From positions 1 to 33,999 of the IMG/VR virus record IMGVR_UViG_3300032274_000031: a DNA stretch of 33,999 bases. The stretch is one strand, 5' to 3'. The position numbers and the translations under genes are program-made. Positions 23,798 through 32,343 of this stretch are shown here, piece after piece. The first letter of the stretch is position 1. Each line of letters begins with the position of its first letter. The notes under the pieces were generated by a model. That model did no database searches. It saw nothing but the letters and a program-made list of their open reading frames with translations, and had not been told where the DNA came from. This DNA is from a virus. Its lineage: Duplodnaviria > Caudoviricetes.

Positions 23798-25192
23798 ATG
23801 GCTGATATTATCATTGAAGATTTAAGCCCGCGGGCACAGGTCAATGGCAACGGCGTGCAAACGGTTTTCAATTATCAGTTTCCCATTTTCAGCGCCGCGG
23901 ATCTTAAGGTGTACGTAGACGACACACTTAAAACGCTGGATGTGGATTATACGGTTTCGGGTGTGCTTGTGGCTGCGGGTGGATCTATCACGTTCACCAC
24001 GGCACCGGCGGATCTAACGGTGGTGACGATTATCAGAGATTTGCCGATTGAGCGGACCTCTGATTTCCAGCAAACCGGGGATTTCAACGCCACTACAATC
24101 AATACAGATCTGGATAAACTGATTGCGATGGTGCAACAACTCGAGGCGGCACTTGCCCGCGTTATGGCCCTGGCGACGACTGACACAAACCCCGGCATGA
24201 CCTTGCCCGTAAGCACGGATCGGGCAAATAAAATCATGGCGTTTGATGCCAATGGCGCGCCGGTTGCTTCAACAAAAACCCTGACGGCGATTGAAGATGA
24301 AGCGGCGGCGGCAACAGCGGCGGCGGCGACCTCGGCCGGAGAAGCGGCGGCCAGTGCTGTATTGGCTGCATCGGAAGCGGTGGCATCCGCGGCATCCGCG
24401 GCGGCGGCCTTGGCGTCTCAGGTGGCGGCGGCTCTGAGTGAGGCGAACGCGGCGACAAGTGCTATCGCGTCGGCGGCGTCGGCGGCAAGCGGATTTCTTA
24501 AAGGGTTGGTCAATGCAACGGGAGTGATAAGCCCAAATCTCAGCACGGATGACGGATCGCTTTATGTGTGCGATACCTCGGGCGGCGCGGTAACGGTGAC
24601 CTTGCCTGAAATCGGGACATCGGAAGGCGTGCGATATGGGTTTTACAACAAAAGCGGTTCGAATGCGGTAACGCTGAACAGAAGCGGCACCGATACAATA
24701 AACGGCGGCACAACGCTTTCACTGAATATCGATACGGAATTTTTGATCATTATCGCAGATGACAATTCGCCGGATAATTGGATCACGTTAGCCGGTAGTT
24801 CAATCATTGCGGGCGAGGGGATCTTAAAGGTTGGGGAGACACTGAGCGTAGATCGTGGTTTCGTTGGCCAGGTTCCCCAGAACAGCCAATCAGCGGACTA
24901 TACCTGTGTGTTGGCGGATGCAGGAAAACATATTTTGCACCCGAGCGCAGATACAACAGCCAGGACATTTACAATTCCGGCAAATGCATCGGTGGCTTAT
25001 CCGGTGGGTGCGGCGTTAACATTTGTCAATCAGAACGGCGCGGGCGTTGTGACCCTGGCGATAACTTCGGATACCTTGCGCTGGGCGGGTGAGGGCACAA
25101 CCGGTTCCCGGACGTTGGCGGCAAACGCCATGGTAACGGCGCTTAAGATCGGGCCAACGGAATGGATGATTTCAGGCTCGGGGATGACGTGA
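23798..25192 (+). CDS. Tail fibre protein (T7 gp17-like N-terminal anchor)
   Basis: GNGVQTVFNYQFPIF..ADLKVY...DYTVSG...GGSITF..AP...IIRD...DF...N.DLD N-domain, Ala/Ser shaft, DTSGGAVTVTLP and beta-rich C-domains. Confidence 0.9.
   Translation: MADIIIEDLSPRAQVNGNGVQTVFNYQFPIFSAADLKVYVDDTLKTLDVDYTVSGVLVAAGGSITFTTAPADLTVVTIIRDLPIERTSDFQQTGDFNATTINTDLDKLIAMVQQLEAALARVMALATTDTNPGMTLPVSTDRANKIMAFDANGAPVASTKTLTAIEDEAAAATAAAATSAGEAAASAVLAASEAVASAASAAAALASQVAAALSEANAATSAIASAASAASGFLKGLVNATGVISPNLSTDDGSLYVCDTSGGAVTVTLPEIGTSEGVRYGFYNKSGSNAVTLNRSGTDTINGGTTLSLNIDTEFLIIIADDNSPDNWITLAGSSIIAGEGILKVGETLSVDRGFVGQVPQNSQSADYTCVLADAGKHILHPSADTTARTFTIPANASVAYPVGAALTFVNQNGAGVVTLAITSDTLRWAGEGTTGSRTLAANAMVTALKIGPTEWMISGSGMT
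24002..24023. repeat. Degenerate 22-bp palindromic element
   Basis: GCACCGGCGGATCTAACGGTGG; the first 14 nt are identical to the unit at 28869. Confidence 0.45.
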
Positions 25193-25956
25193 TGAGCGGC
25201 GTTATTCAGTTAATGGCCGGTGGTTTCGCGGCGGATGATGAACCAGCGAGCTATACCTATACCGATGTCACCGGGCAAAACCCGAGCACGGTTGTCACGT
25301 CGAATTCTATTACGGTAAGTGATATTAACGTTGCAATCCCGATCACGATTACGGGCGGAACCTACAGCATCAACGGCGGCGGCTTCACGTCTTCGGCTGG
25401 AACCGTCACCAAGGATGATACGGTTCGGGTGCAGGTCACAACCAGTTCATCATTCAGTACAGGAGTGAGCGCGACCACTACGATAGGCGGTATCCAGGAC
25501 ACGTTTACGGCTACGACACGTGCGGGTAGTTCGACTTTGCTTGCAAGCAACGCTGCGCTTTCTGGTGGCGGTATACACAATGGCGATTGTACAGGTGGTA
25601 ATTTTTACACAAGGGTGTACTGCTCTACTTCTGGAATTGCTCACAAGATAGATTTAAGTGTTCGCGAACAAGGTATCTCGGGCTGTACCGTCAGACTTAT
25701 GAACGGCTCATCAAGCGCACCAAGCTCAGCCGTTTCGGGCGGCTCCGTTGGTGGCGTGAGTTCAGGCACACATACGACAAAGACAGTCACCTTCTCCGGC
25801 GGTGCTATGACGGCTGGGAACTACTACTGGATACACATATATGGTGGCACTTGGGGAATGTATTACCGTCCAGTCTCTGGGAATCAGGCTGGGTACTACA
25901 ACAGTGCTTTGGTTCCCACCTACACCATAGGTAACGCCTTTTACATGTATACGTAA
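25192..25956 (+). CDS. Second tail fibre or receptor-binding tip protein
   Basis: Start coupled to the fibre stop (TGATG). Thr/Ser/Gly-rich Ig-like module (YSINGGGFTSSAGTV..DDTVRVQVT) plus a beta-sandwich-like C-terminus. Confidence 0.65.
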   Translation: MSGVIQLMAGGFAADDEPASYTYTDVTGQNPSTVVTSNSITVSDINVAIPITITGGTYSINGGGFTSSAGTVTKDDTVRVQVTTSSSFSTGVSATTTIGGIQDTFTATTRAGSSTLLASNAALSGGGIHNGDCTGGNFYTRVYCSTSGIAHKIDLSVREQGISGCTVRLMNGSSSAPSSAVSGGSVGGVSSGTHTTKTVTFSGGAMTAGNYYWIHIYGGTWGMYYRPVSGNQAGYYNSALVPTYTIGNAFYMYT

Positions 25957-26021
25957 GGAAATCACTGGGAACCGGCACCTATTAATATTTGAGGCGGCAC
26001 TAACCACAAAAGGAAAACGAC

Positions 26022-26720
26022 ATGAGTAAAAAACCAAAAGTGAGTAAAAAACCAAAAGCCAAAGTGATAGAGCCTATTGCGGTGGATGATGAGGTGCTGA
26101 TTGTGGCGGCTTGCTTAAATCTGCGCGTTGGCGTTGGCGAGGATTGGTTAGAGATCCAGGAGAACGGGCGATTGCGGCCTAATACATCGGTTATCAATAG
26201 CCATTGTGACGGCAAGAAGTTTAAGACGGCGGATGTTTTGCGCGTCTGGTCACGCGGCGCGGCGCACGGTGAGTTGCCCAATCCGAATAGAGATTGGCCG
26301 GAAGTTGGTGAGTTGGAGGCGATCAGCCCCGAGGTAATGGCCCTGGCGGTGGGTGGTAATGTTCAACCCGATGCCGCTGCGGTCGGTGAAGGATCTACAG
26401 AAGCGGAACCGGTAGCGGATCCGAAATTGGAAGAAGAAAAAGCAGAAACCACAACCCCGGAAGCCTCGGAAGCGTCGGAACAGGGTGATTTAGGGGGGGG
26501 TGAGGGCACCACGGGCGATGTTTCCGCCACACCGGGGCCTGAAAAGGATTTAGACGCACCAGCGGGCGCTACAGAGGAAAACGGGAAAACCGGCAAAATC
26601 ATCTCTGCGCCGCTCTCTCATACCCGACCGGCAGGCGCACGGCCGGGCCTGGCCATGGGTCGTCGGGCGTTTACGCAACCCGTGAATAGTCCGGATGCTC
26701 CGCCGAAAGATGCCGCGTAA
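26022..26720 (+). CDS. Hypothetical protein with acidic, low-complexity C-half
   Basis: AAGGAA RBS; 232 aa; immediately upstream of terS. Confidence 0.7.
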   Translation: MSKKPKVSKKPKAKVIEPIAVDDEVLIVAACLNLRVGVGEDWLEIQENGRLRPNTSVINSHCDGKKFKTADVLRVWSRGAAHGELPNPNRDWPEVGELEAISPEVMALAVGGNVQPDAAAVGEGSTEAEPVADPKLEEEKAETTTPEASEASEQGDLGGGEGTTGDVSATPGPEKDLDAPAGATEENGKTGKIISAPLSHTRPAGARPGLAMGRRAFTQPVNSPDAPPKDAA

Positions 26721-27255
26721 AAAGAATACATCGCCGAAGAAGACGGCGGGCACCAAACCAGCGGCAAAGAAAAAGCCGGTGGCACGGGTGCCCGCCACGA
26801 GGAAGAAGGCCGCGCCGGTAAAAAAGAAACCGGGGCGGCCTAAAGCTGTTACCCCTGAAATCGAAGAACAAATACTAGCGCTGATCTGTGACGGTAAATC
26901 GCTGGTGCGGATTGCCAAACTCGAGATCATGCCCGCGCGTTCCACAATCAATAAACATTTGTTGGATGATGAGGGGTTTTCGGACAGGTACGCGCGCGCG
27001 TGTGCGTTGCGCGGGGAAACTCTGGTGGATGAGATGTTGGAAATTGCCGACGAAACGGCCGGGGATTTTTACGAAGACGCGGACGGAAATAAGAAGGTGG
27101 ATCATGAAAACATTCATCGCTCAAAGCTGCGGGTAGATACCCGGAAATGGATGGCGGCAAAGCTGGCACCCAAGAAATATGGAACGAAGGTTGAAAGTGT
27201 CGTGCCAGGTGAGGGAGAAGGCAATCAAACGCACATCCATATTCATGAACAGTGA
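26710..27255 (+). CDS. terS: Terminase small subunit (Sf6-like) with histone-like Lys/Ala/Pro N-tail
   Basis: GRP...EQILALICDGKSL...MPARSTI...YARA...DEMLEIAD...HRSKLRVDTRKWMAAKLAPKKYG. Confidence 0.9.
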   Translation: MPRKKNTSPKKTAGTKPAAKKKPVARVPATRKKAAPVKKKPGRPKAVTPEIEEQILALICDGKSLVRIAKLEIMPARSTINKHLLDDEGFSDRYARACALRGETLVDEMLEIADETAGDFYEDADGNKKVDHENIHRSKLRVDTRKWMAAKLAPKKYGTKVESVVPGEGEGNQTHIHIHEQ

Positions 27256-27292
27256 TTTCATATAGATTTATAAAAGATATCTTATTGATATC
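27254..27292. repeat. GATATC-like array with 11-bp period between terS and terL
   Basis: GATTTC(27254), GATTTA(27265), GATATC(27276), GATATC(27287). Confidence 0.75.
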
Positions 27293-27310
27293 AGAAAACA
27301 GGACCAAAAA

Positions 27311-27493
27311 ATGATAACAAATCAGCGCGAAATACCAGCCCTGGATTGCCAGAAAGAACAGTTTTTGGCGCGTGTCTTAATCAGACATTGGCAGTCGCGG
27401 CGCTGGTGGCCAGATAGCGAACACAAAGCCTATATCCCTGTTGTTTTCAGCTTTCAAAGAATAGATGGCCACACATATTCACCTGCCGAATGA
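27311..27493 (+). CDS. Possible small hypothetical protein
   Basis: AGGA RBS, 60 aa, fills the terS-terL gap; no motif recognised. Confidence 0.35.
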   Translation: MITNQREIPALDCQKEQFLARVLIRHWQSRRWWPDSEHKAYIPVVFSFQRIDGHTYSPAE

Positions 27494-28829
27494 TTGGTTC
27501 GCGCGGGCTTATCAACAACCGTTTTATCGAGCCATACAATCGGGCGTTAAGCGCGCGGTTGCTGTGTGGCATCGCAGATCCGGGAAAGACAGTTGCGCGC
27601 TTAATCTGACGGCTACGCAATCACAAAAGCGGGTTGCGCTTTATTGGCATTGTTTCCCGACTGCCACACAAGGGCGCAAGGCGTTATGGGATGGGATCGA
27701 CGGCCGCGGGCGGCGGATCCTTGACCAGGCGTTCCCAAAGGAAATGCGGGTATCAACCAACGAACAGGAAATGCGGATCAAGTTTAAAAACGGATCCGTG
27801 TGGCAGATCGTTGGATCAGATAACTATGATAGCCTGGTTGGAACCAACGTTGCAGGCATTGTGTTTTCGGAATGGTCGCTGTGCAAACCGGCGGCCTGGG
27901 ACTATTTCAGGCCAATTCTAAACGAGAATGACGGCTGGGCCGTTTTCATCTACACGCCCCGCGGCCGCAACCATGGCTATCACCTGTATGAACTGGCCCG
28001 CAAACATCCAAAATGGCATGCAAGCTTGCTGACGGTGAACGATACCGAGAAACCAGGTATCGGACACAACGGCGGGCCGTTGCTGGATGAGTATGACGAG
28101 CCGGTCATGGTGCCGGTGGTGGCAGAAGCATCTATTCAGGAAGATCGTGATATGGGGATGAGCGATGCCCGGATTAACCAGGAATATTATTGTTCGTTTG
28201 ATGCGGAAGTAGAGGGCGCTTACTTCGGCAAGATCATGGCGGATCTGAGGGCGGCGGACCGGATAGGAAAAATCGATTATGACCCAAGCCTGACGTTAGA
28301 GACCTGGTGGGATCTCGGCATGGATGACAGCATGAGTATTGTTTTTGTGCAACCCGTGGGCGCGTTTTATCACGTGATCAATTATGTAGAAGGATCGGGC
28401 GAAGGCATTGGCTACTATGCCCGCGTGCTGGGGGAATTGGCGAAGGAGCACGGTTACACCTACACCCGGCACCTGGCACCGCATGATCTGAGCGTGCGCG
28501 AGATTGGCACCGGTGTAAGCCGTAAAAAATCAGCGATGGCGCATGGGATCCGCTTTGAGATTGTGCCGCGGATTGCCAAGTTTGAAGATGGTATAGAAGC
28601 GCTCCGCGCAATGCTGCCTGCCATGTATATGGATGAGGATAAATGCAGCACGCTGATTGAGGCCGCGAGCCTGTACCGGCGGAAATATGATGAAGAGGCA
28701 CGGGTTTACGATACGCACCCGGTCCGCGATTGGACAACGCACCCGATTGACGCACTGAGAACCGGGGCACAAAGCCGCCGGGGTGGAAAGAAACGTGCCG
28801 TTAGAGCGGCCGCAACGGCGCTGGGATGA
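27465..28829 (+). CDS. terL: Terminase large subunit
   Basis: Walker A HRRSGKD, Walker B GIVFSE, motif III YTPRG, QEYYCSF, nuclease WDLGMDD, HD and HPIDALR. Confidence 0.95.
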   Translation: MATHIHLPNDWFARAYQQPFYRAIQSGVKRAVAVWHRRSGKDSCALNLTATQSQKRVALYWHCFPTATQGRKALWDGIDGRGRRILDQAFPKEMRVSTNEQEMRIKFKNGSVWQIVGSDNYDSLVGTNVAGIVFSEWSLCKPAAWDYFRPILNENDGWAVFIYTPRGRNHGYHLYELARKHPKWHASLLTVNDTEKPGIGHNGGPLLDEYDEPVMVPVVAEASIQEDRDMGMSDARINQEYYCSFDAEVEGAYFGKIMADLRAADRIGKIDYDPSLTLETWWDLGMDDSMSIVFVQPVGAFYHVINYVEGSGEGIGYYARVLGELAKEHGYTYTRHLAPHDLSVREIGTGVSRKKSAMAHGIRFEIVPRIAKFEDGIEALRAMLPAMYMDEDKCSTLIEAASLYRRKYDEEARVYDTHPVRDWTTHPIDALRTGAQSRRGGKKRAVRAAATALG

Positions 28830-28837
28830 GAGATCCG

Positions 28838-28921
28838 GCACCGACACAAACGGCGGTAAAGACCTTCAGCACCGGCGGATCTGGTGGTGCGCGAATCCAG
28901 CACCGCCAGATACACCGATAG
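28838..28921. repeat. Three 22-bp palindromic elements with 31-bp period, intergenic after terL
   Basis: GCACCGACACAAACGGCGGTAA-N9-GCACCGGCGGATCTGGTGGTGC-GC-GAATC-CA-GCACCGCCAGATACACCGATAG. Confidence 0.85.
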
Positions 28922-28944
28922 GATCCAACAAAAGGGAAAAAGAC

Positions 28945-29373
28945 ATGGAACCAAGCACGAAACGACATGAGGAAAAATGGCTGGTGGTTTTCTGTGACCC
29001 GCCACCATTTGAGGACACGGCAAGCAAGCGGGAAAAGTTATATCGGCGGGTGTTGTTTCCGCTTTTAAAGCGTCACTTCCGGCATGTGTTCGTGATGAGA
29101 AAAGCGCAGAATTTCAAGGGGTATATCGTTGTTCAACCCGAATATTTATCCATGCGAGTGATTGAGGAACCGGGGCTGGAGTTCGCAAATCGGGTGGTGC
29201 AAATGGAACAAACGGGCCAGGCCAAAGTCTTAAGCGTTGTTGTTGATGAGCGGGAAATGCAAATCCCGTTTTGGCCTATGACTTGCGTATCGATGGTAAA
29301 GCGGTTAATAGGCAAGTCGTCCATTGCTTTCACTCCTTATCAACTTTACCGGCATTTGTCGGCAACTGATTAG
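28945..29373 (+). CDS. Conserved phage protein, possibly permuted papain-like/NlpC-P60 fold
   Basis: FRHVF ... PMTCVSMVKRLIG ... TPYQLYRHL (His before Cys, terminal TP); start moved to ATG 28945. Confidence 0.55.
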   Translation: MEPSTKRHEEKWLVVFCDPPPFEDTASKREKLYRRVLFPLLKRHFRHVFVMRKAQNFKGYIVVQPEYLSMRVIEEPGLEFANRVVQMEQTGQAKVLSVVVDEREMQIPFWPMTCVSMVKRLIGKSSIAFTPYQLYRHLSATD

Positions 29374-29385
29374 GGAGTATTACCT

Positions 29386-29586
29386 GTGAAATCCAGCGCA
29401 CCAGCACCCGTACAGCCTGACACATCCAAACAGGATGAATTAGCAGAAGCCAACCTAAAAGAGAAAGACCGGTTAGAGAAGAAAAACCGGGCAACCAGGC
29501 GCAATCAAAGATCGCGAGGACGTGGCGTAGCGCGTGGGTTTCTTGATTTGCCAAGTTCGGGCGCACAACAGCAAACCATCGGTTAA
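29386..29586 (+). CDS. Small basic protein preceding the portal (virion assembly)
   Basis: GGGAG RBS, GTG start; Pro-rich then Arg-rich, ending in IG; typical position in podoviruses. Confidence 0.65.
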   Translation: MKSSAPAPVQPDTSKQDELAEANLKEKDRLEKKNRATRRNQRSRGRGVARGFLDLPSSGAQQQTIG

Positions 29587-29588
29587 TT

Positions 29589-31172
29589 ATGGCAGATGCG
29601 AATGCAAAGACCGGCGGTTATGCAACGCCAGAAATGAAAATGTACCATCGGGCAAAGCAAGAGTTAGCGCCCTGGGAACAAGTGTTGAAAGAAGCGCACG
29701 AAATGGCGCTTCCAGCCTATAATCCGCAAGTCTATGGGGAAGACAAAGCTACAACGGATCCTATGGCGGCGGTTAATGGCCGGTTTGATGTAACGGCACC
29801 CGGTGCGGTGGACGAAAAAACCAATCGGTTATCCGGATCTTTGTTTCCGATGGCGGAAAGCTGGGCGGATTTCATGCCGATGCAACCCAGCCCAACCACG
29901 GAAAAGAATAACAAACAGGTGGATCAACAAATCCTAGAAATCTCATCCAAGTTTCATGATGCGATTGAGGTGTCAAATTTCCATAGCGAGATATCGGCGG
30001 CGCTCGATGATGTCCAGGTGAGTTTCGGCTCCTTGTTTATTCATGAGGGCACGCACATGAACCCGTTGCATTGTGAGGCGGTGCCGTCGCGCTCGATCAT
30101 TCCGGTGGAAAGTAAAAAAGACGGCACGATCAAAACCAATTTCCGTGAACGTGATATTGCTATCAGTGAAATAAAGGATTTGTGGCCGGATGCGAAGTTA
30201 TCAGATCCGGACCTCGCGCGGATGCTTAAGGACGATCCTTACAAAGAATTGACTTTGGTTGAATGCACCATGTACCGGCCAGACATGGAATATAAATACG
30301 ATTACAAAGTGTTTACGCAGAAAGAAAAGCTAATCGTGGATCGGTCACAAAACAGCGTGCCCGGCGTTATGTTCCGGATGAAAAAGGCGGCCGGTCAAAC
30401 CATGGGCTTTGGTCCTGTGTTGCGCGCCTTGCCAAAGATCCGGGTTGCTAACAAGGTGCGTGAACTGCTTTTGGCCAATGCGGGCCTGGCCATTATTGGC
30501 CTGTGGCAGGTTGAAAACGATGGCGTGTTGGATCCGGAAGGGCTGCGCCTGGTGCCGGGAACACTCATTCCGATTGCGGAAGGATCGAGCGGTATACGGC
30601 CTATCGCAACAAACATGGATCATAATTTGACCTGGGCCATGTTAACGGATCTGGAAGATGAAATTCGCCGGATCATATTAGGACCATCTTTACCCCCGGC
30701 GGAAGACAGCGGCCGGACGGCGTTTGAATTGGGATTGCGCGATAGCGACCGGCGGGAATTTGAATTGCCCAGCTCACTGCGGTTGCTGAGTGAAGCGCAT
30801 ATGCAAATCACGGCGCGGGTGTTGCATATCCTTTCCAGCGAACGGATGCGGGGATCTCCGTATTATATTGAAACCCTAGAGATTGACGGTGAAGAGATCA
30901 AAATGGTTCCAATGTCGCCCCTGGTGCGACTAAAGAAACGGATGGAAGCGGATGAGCAATTGCGCGCGGTTGTCAGCGCTTCGCAAGTGGCACCGGACCG
31001 GGCGCATGTGATTGTTAAGCGCGATAACATTTTGCGTAAATTCCTCACGGATAACGGCGTAGCTGGTGATGACCTTTATTCGGAAGAAGAAACCAAAGCC
31101 TTTGACGAACAAGCAGCCCAACAGCAAGCGGCATTAGCGGCCGCGCAATCACAACAACAGACAGGAGCTTAA
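29589..31172 (+). CDS. Portal (head-tail connector, T7 gp8-like)
   Basis: 527 aa; FDVTA, SNFHSEI...D...FG, GFGPVLRALP, RTAFE and SPL motifs. Confidence 0.93.
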   Translation: MADANAKTGGYATPEMKMYHRAKQELAPWEQVLKEAHEMALPAYNPQVYGEDKATTDPMAAVNGRFDVTAPGAVDEKTNRLSGSLFPMAESWADFMPMQPSPTTEKNNKQVDQQILEISSKFHDAIEVSNFHSEISAALDDVQVSFGSLFIHEGTHMNPLHCEAVPSRSIIPVESKKDGTIKTNFRERDIAISEIKDLWPDAKLSDPDLARMLKDDPYKELTLVECTMYRPDMEYKYDYKVFTQKEKLIVDRSQNSVPGVMFRMKKAAGQTMGFGPVLRALPKIRVANKVRELLLANAGLAIIGLWQVENDGVLDPEGLRLVPGTLIPIAEGSSGIRPIATNMDHNLTWAMLTDLEDEIRRIILGPSLPPAEDSGRTAFELGLRDSDRREFELPSSLRLLSEAHMQITARVLHILSSERMRGSPYYIETLEIDGEEIKMVPMSPLVRLKKRMEADEQLRAVVSASQVAPDRAHVIVKRDNILRKFLTDNGVAGDDLYSEEETKAFDEQAAQQQAALAAAQSQQQTGA

Positions 31173-31175
31173 TCG

Positions 31176-32087
31176 ATGCCCAGACTTATGGACGATTTGG
31201 GACAACAGGGAAACAGCGGACAAGATCAACCTGGTGCAACGGGTGCAGCGGGTGCAACGGATCCAGCGGCGGCGGCTGCGGCGGCCGCGGGTGGTGCGCC
31301 TGCGGGTTCGCCAGGTGGTCAAGGTCGCCAGGGTGGCGATGGCGAAGCGGACCCATGGACGATTGATTTTAATGGTGAGCAATTGGCCATCCCTGAGAAT
31401 TTCAGGGGTGATGAACCGGGAAGTGTCAATTCAGGCGCGGCGCTTAAGTCAGCTATGGATCTGACACGGCTTAACCGGGAGCTGAACGAAAGCCGCCAGG
31501 TTCCGGATGAGTACGAAATCAAGTTATCCGATGACCTGGCACCAAAGATCGAGGCGATGGGCGGGATTGATATCGAAAATCCGTTGCTGGTCAACTATCA
31601 GAAGATGGCCAAGGAAAAAGGGTTTACCCAGGAGCAATTCCAAAGCGGTATTGATCTCTATTTCGCGGATCAACTGGATAACGGAGATAGCCGAAGCGAA
31701 GAACAAATTCAGAGCGAAAACAACAGCGCAATTATTGCGGCAATACCCAACTGGGAGGCGGGCCGGAAAGGCGAATTAACCGCGTTTATGAATTCGGCCT
31801 TCGGTCAGTATTTCGCTAATGAGGATCCGGCGGCGGGCAAGGTTGATCCGGTGGCCACGGAATTGCGTTTAATGAATGAAACACCGGAAGGTGTGATTAT
31901 CCTTAATCGGTTGTTTGAGATGACGGGGGAAAAGTCGATCCCTGGCGCTGGCCATGGGGATGGTTCTGGCTATGTCACACATGCGGACCTGGAAAAACTG
32001 CAAGCCAGCGAAGCCTACCGTAAAGGAGATCCGGCGGCGCAAAAGAAAGCCGAGGAAATGGCCAAGGCCTTAACCCGCGGCAAATAG
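31176..32087 (+). CDS. Capsid scaffolding protein
   Basis: Acidic; IPENF, VPDEYE, AKEKGFTQEQF and C-terminal AYRKGDP motifs; lies between portal and capsid. Confidence 0.8.
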   Translation: MPRLMDDLGQQGNSGQDQPGATGAAGATDPAAAAAAAAGGAPAGSPGGQGRQGGDGEADPWTIDFNGEQLAIPENFRGDEPGSVNSGAALKSAMDLTRLNRELNESRQVPDEYEIKLSDDLAPKIEAMGGIDIENPLLVNYQKMAKEKGFTQEQFQSGIDLYFADQLDNGDSRSEEQIQSENNSAIIAAIPNWEAGRKGELTAFMNSAFGQYFANEDPAAGKVDPVATELRLMNETPEGVIILNRLFEMTGEKSIPGAGHGDGSGYVTHADLEKLQASEAYRKGDPAAQKKAEEMAKALTRGK

Positions 32088-32095
32088 ATAACCAG

Positions 32096-32123
32096 TTTCG
32101 GTGTCCCCAGAACACCGAAAAAA
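32096..32123. terminator. Hairpin after the scaffold gene; the U-tract is on the minus strand
   Basis: TTTCGGTGT-CCCCAGA-ACACCGAAA-AAA. Confidence 0.5.
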
Positions 32124-32207
32124 GGGGCACTCCCTAGGGTGCCTAAAACGGGGTGACGTGTTTTGATTGGTCCAGATCTTCCCACGTTGCCCCGTTTATT
32201 TTCTACA

Positions 32208-32286
32208 GCATCGCCAAATCTGGCGGTGTTGGATTCGGGCACCAGCATATCCGACGATACTCGGGCACCAGCATATTTGGCGGTGC
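32208..32286. repeat. Three 22-bp palindromic elements upstream of the capsid promoter
   Basis: GCATCGCCAAATCTGGCGGTGT-TG-GATTC-GG-GCACCAGCATATCCGACGATAC-TCGG-GCACCAGCATATTTGGCGGTGC. Confidence 0.85.
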
Positions 32287-32343
32287 TGGCCAGCATAAAA
32301 AGGCGGGAACATGCGCCTTACAGAATATTAGCGGCTGGACCTG

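Noticed and set aside
24295-24490. GCGGCG-rich repeats in the tail fibre gene
   Set aside because: Explained by the Ala/Ser-rich coiled-coil shaft common in fibres.
23798-25956. Diversity-generating retroelement or invertible fibre cassette
   Set aside because: No reverse transcriptase, template/variable repeat pair or invertase visible.
26023-26058. Exact 18-bp tandem duplication TGAGTAAAAAACCAAAAG
   Set aside because: In-frame slippage duplication at a low-complexity N-terminus with no sign of function.
28838-28921. Mini-CRISPR array (also 32208-32286)
   Set aside because: Units are degenerate, spacers are only 4-9 bp and partly conserved, and there are no cas genes.
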